Positions 62,747 through 64,000 of a stretch of 64,000 bases of DNA are shown here, one piece after another; position 1 is the stretch's first letter, and each line of letters starts with the position of its first letter. The notes beneath the pieces are model-generated. The model made no database searches. It had not been told where the DNA came from and saw only the letters and a program-made list of their open reading frames with translations. Source of the stretch: Heterodontus francisci (lineage: Eukaryota); contig NW_027140807.1 in the NCBI RefSeq assembly GCF_036365525.1, forward strand, positions 744,001 through 808,000, read 5' to 3'. The translations under genes were made by a program, and so were the position numbers.

Positions 62747-63943
62747 TATATTGGAGCTCATTGCGTCTCTGGGTTATAAATAAATAAGGATGGAAATACT
62801 AATCAGGTCAGACAGCCTCTGTGGAGGGGGAAAATTAACATGTCAGGTCCTAGATCATTCAGCAGAACTGGAAGGATTTAGTGGTCTATCAACATTTAAG
62901 CAGCACAAAGCCAGGGAGAGGGAGAATGGGAGGAATGCAGGAGAGATTTAATAACAAAACTAAGGCTGGTGCAAGACAAAGGGGATGTTAATGGGTCAAG
63001 AAAAGAACAAGAGATGGGTCTAGAGGAGATGGAAATGGCAGAAACACAATCATTACCAACAAACCTCTGCCCTTATAAACTGGAGCAGTGGTTATGATCA
63101 GAAATGGTTAAACTCACTGTTGAGTTCAAAAAGCTGTAAAATGTCCAATTGAAAGATGAGGTGCTGTTCTTCGAGTTTCTGTTGAACTTCATTGGAGCAG
63201 AGTCGGAGGTCGAGGACAGAGAGGTCAGGGTGGGAGTGGGAATGAGAATTAAAAGTATCCGCTAACCGGAATCTCAGGGTCACACTTGCAGCCTGAATGC
63301 AGGATGTTCCACAATGCTGTCACCCTGTTGCTGTACTTGGTCTCTGTAGCTAGTCCCACTCCCCCTGCCCTTTCTACATAACACTGCATATTTTCCTTAC
63401 GCATAATTATTCAAAATTCCTTTTGAAAGCGACGATTGAAACTGCCTCCGCCGCACTCTCAGGTAGTGCATTCCAGATCCTAACCATTCACTGTGTCAAA
63501 AGGTTTCCTCAGTTCACCTTTGGATCTTCTGCCAATTACCTTCAATAAGTGACCTCTGGTTCTCAATCAATCCGGTGATGAAACATAGAGACAGAGAGGG
63601 TGAATCAGGGAGACGTTGTGAGGAAACGCTCAGTGGAAATGAACGGGACAGAGGGAGACAGAGACAGAAAGATGCACACACACACAAACACACACAGATA
63701 CAGAGAGAGAAAGAGAGTGAAAGAGTTGTAGACATAAAGCTGGATGTATGCAAATAGAGAGAGAGAGAGACATTGTCAACCTACTCCACTCTGACTTGTT
63801 TACCTGGGCGTCACCATCTCTGCATCACTTCCTAATGCTCTTCCTTTTCCTCCCAATGATTTGTAAAGAGTGGGTTGGTTATTAACAACACTCATCACTC
63901 CTGCTCTCTCCCCTTTGCTGATTCAGAGGGCAGCTTAAAGTAA

Positions 63944-63983
63944 ATGATGTATCTGTTACTGACTCTGATCAACCTGTTTCACC
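63944..63983 (+). pseudogene. TRBV leader exon with mutated donor (V exon would lie beyond the window); paralog of 36094
   Basis: MMYLLLTLINLFH followed by ggaagg instead of gtaagg. Confidence 0.75.
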
Positions 63984-64000
63984 GGAAGGCATTTTATTGA

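Larger units (their letters stand above)
55170..64000 (+). repeat. Segmental duplication copy of ~27290-36150 (offset ~27.9-28.1 kb); ~47780-49490 likewise copies ~21140-22400
   Basis: Colinear V genes, repeats and unique spacers; leader offsets 27880, 28062 and 27850 bp. Confidence 0.92.

Overview
Vertebrate, not prokaryotic, DNA. The SINE/LINE content (V-SINE/HE1-like, Deu-SINE-like, CR1, L2, Penelope) points to a cartilaginous fish. From about 21 kb to the end of the window lies a germline T-cell receptor beta variable (TRBV) cluster. Each gene is a short leader exon, an intron, a V exon and a 23-bp-spacer recombination signal sequence (RSS). I count 16 RSS-bearing V segments: 7 look intact, and 9 are defective through stops, a frameshift, truncation, a dead splice acceptor or a mutated heptamer. 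There are also two leader-only pieces. All V segments are on + except one divergent V pseudogene on - at 16.75-17.04 kb. I found no D, J or C segments. The largest family is TRBV30-like (ends CAWS). A segmental duplication with a ~27-28 kb offset relates ~21-36 kb to ~48-64 kb. The first ~16 kb is repeat-rich and contains two probable terminal exons of an unrelated upstream gene. The most notable observations are: a tandem array of CTCF-like motifs directly behind a V RSS (45.5-45.8 kb); a conserved CTCF-like/splice-acceptor-like module downstream of the CAWS-family V genes; the inverted non-TRBV-like V; and reciprocal inactivation of a duplicated V pair. Repeat boundaries are approximate, and family assignments come from recalled motifs, not database searches.
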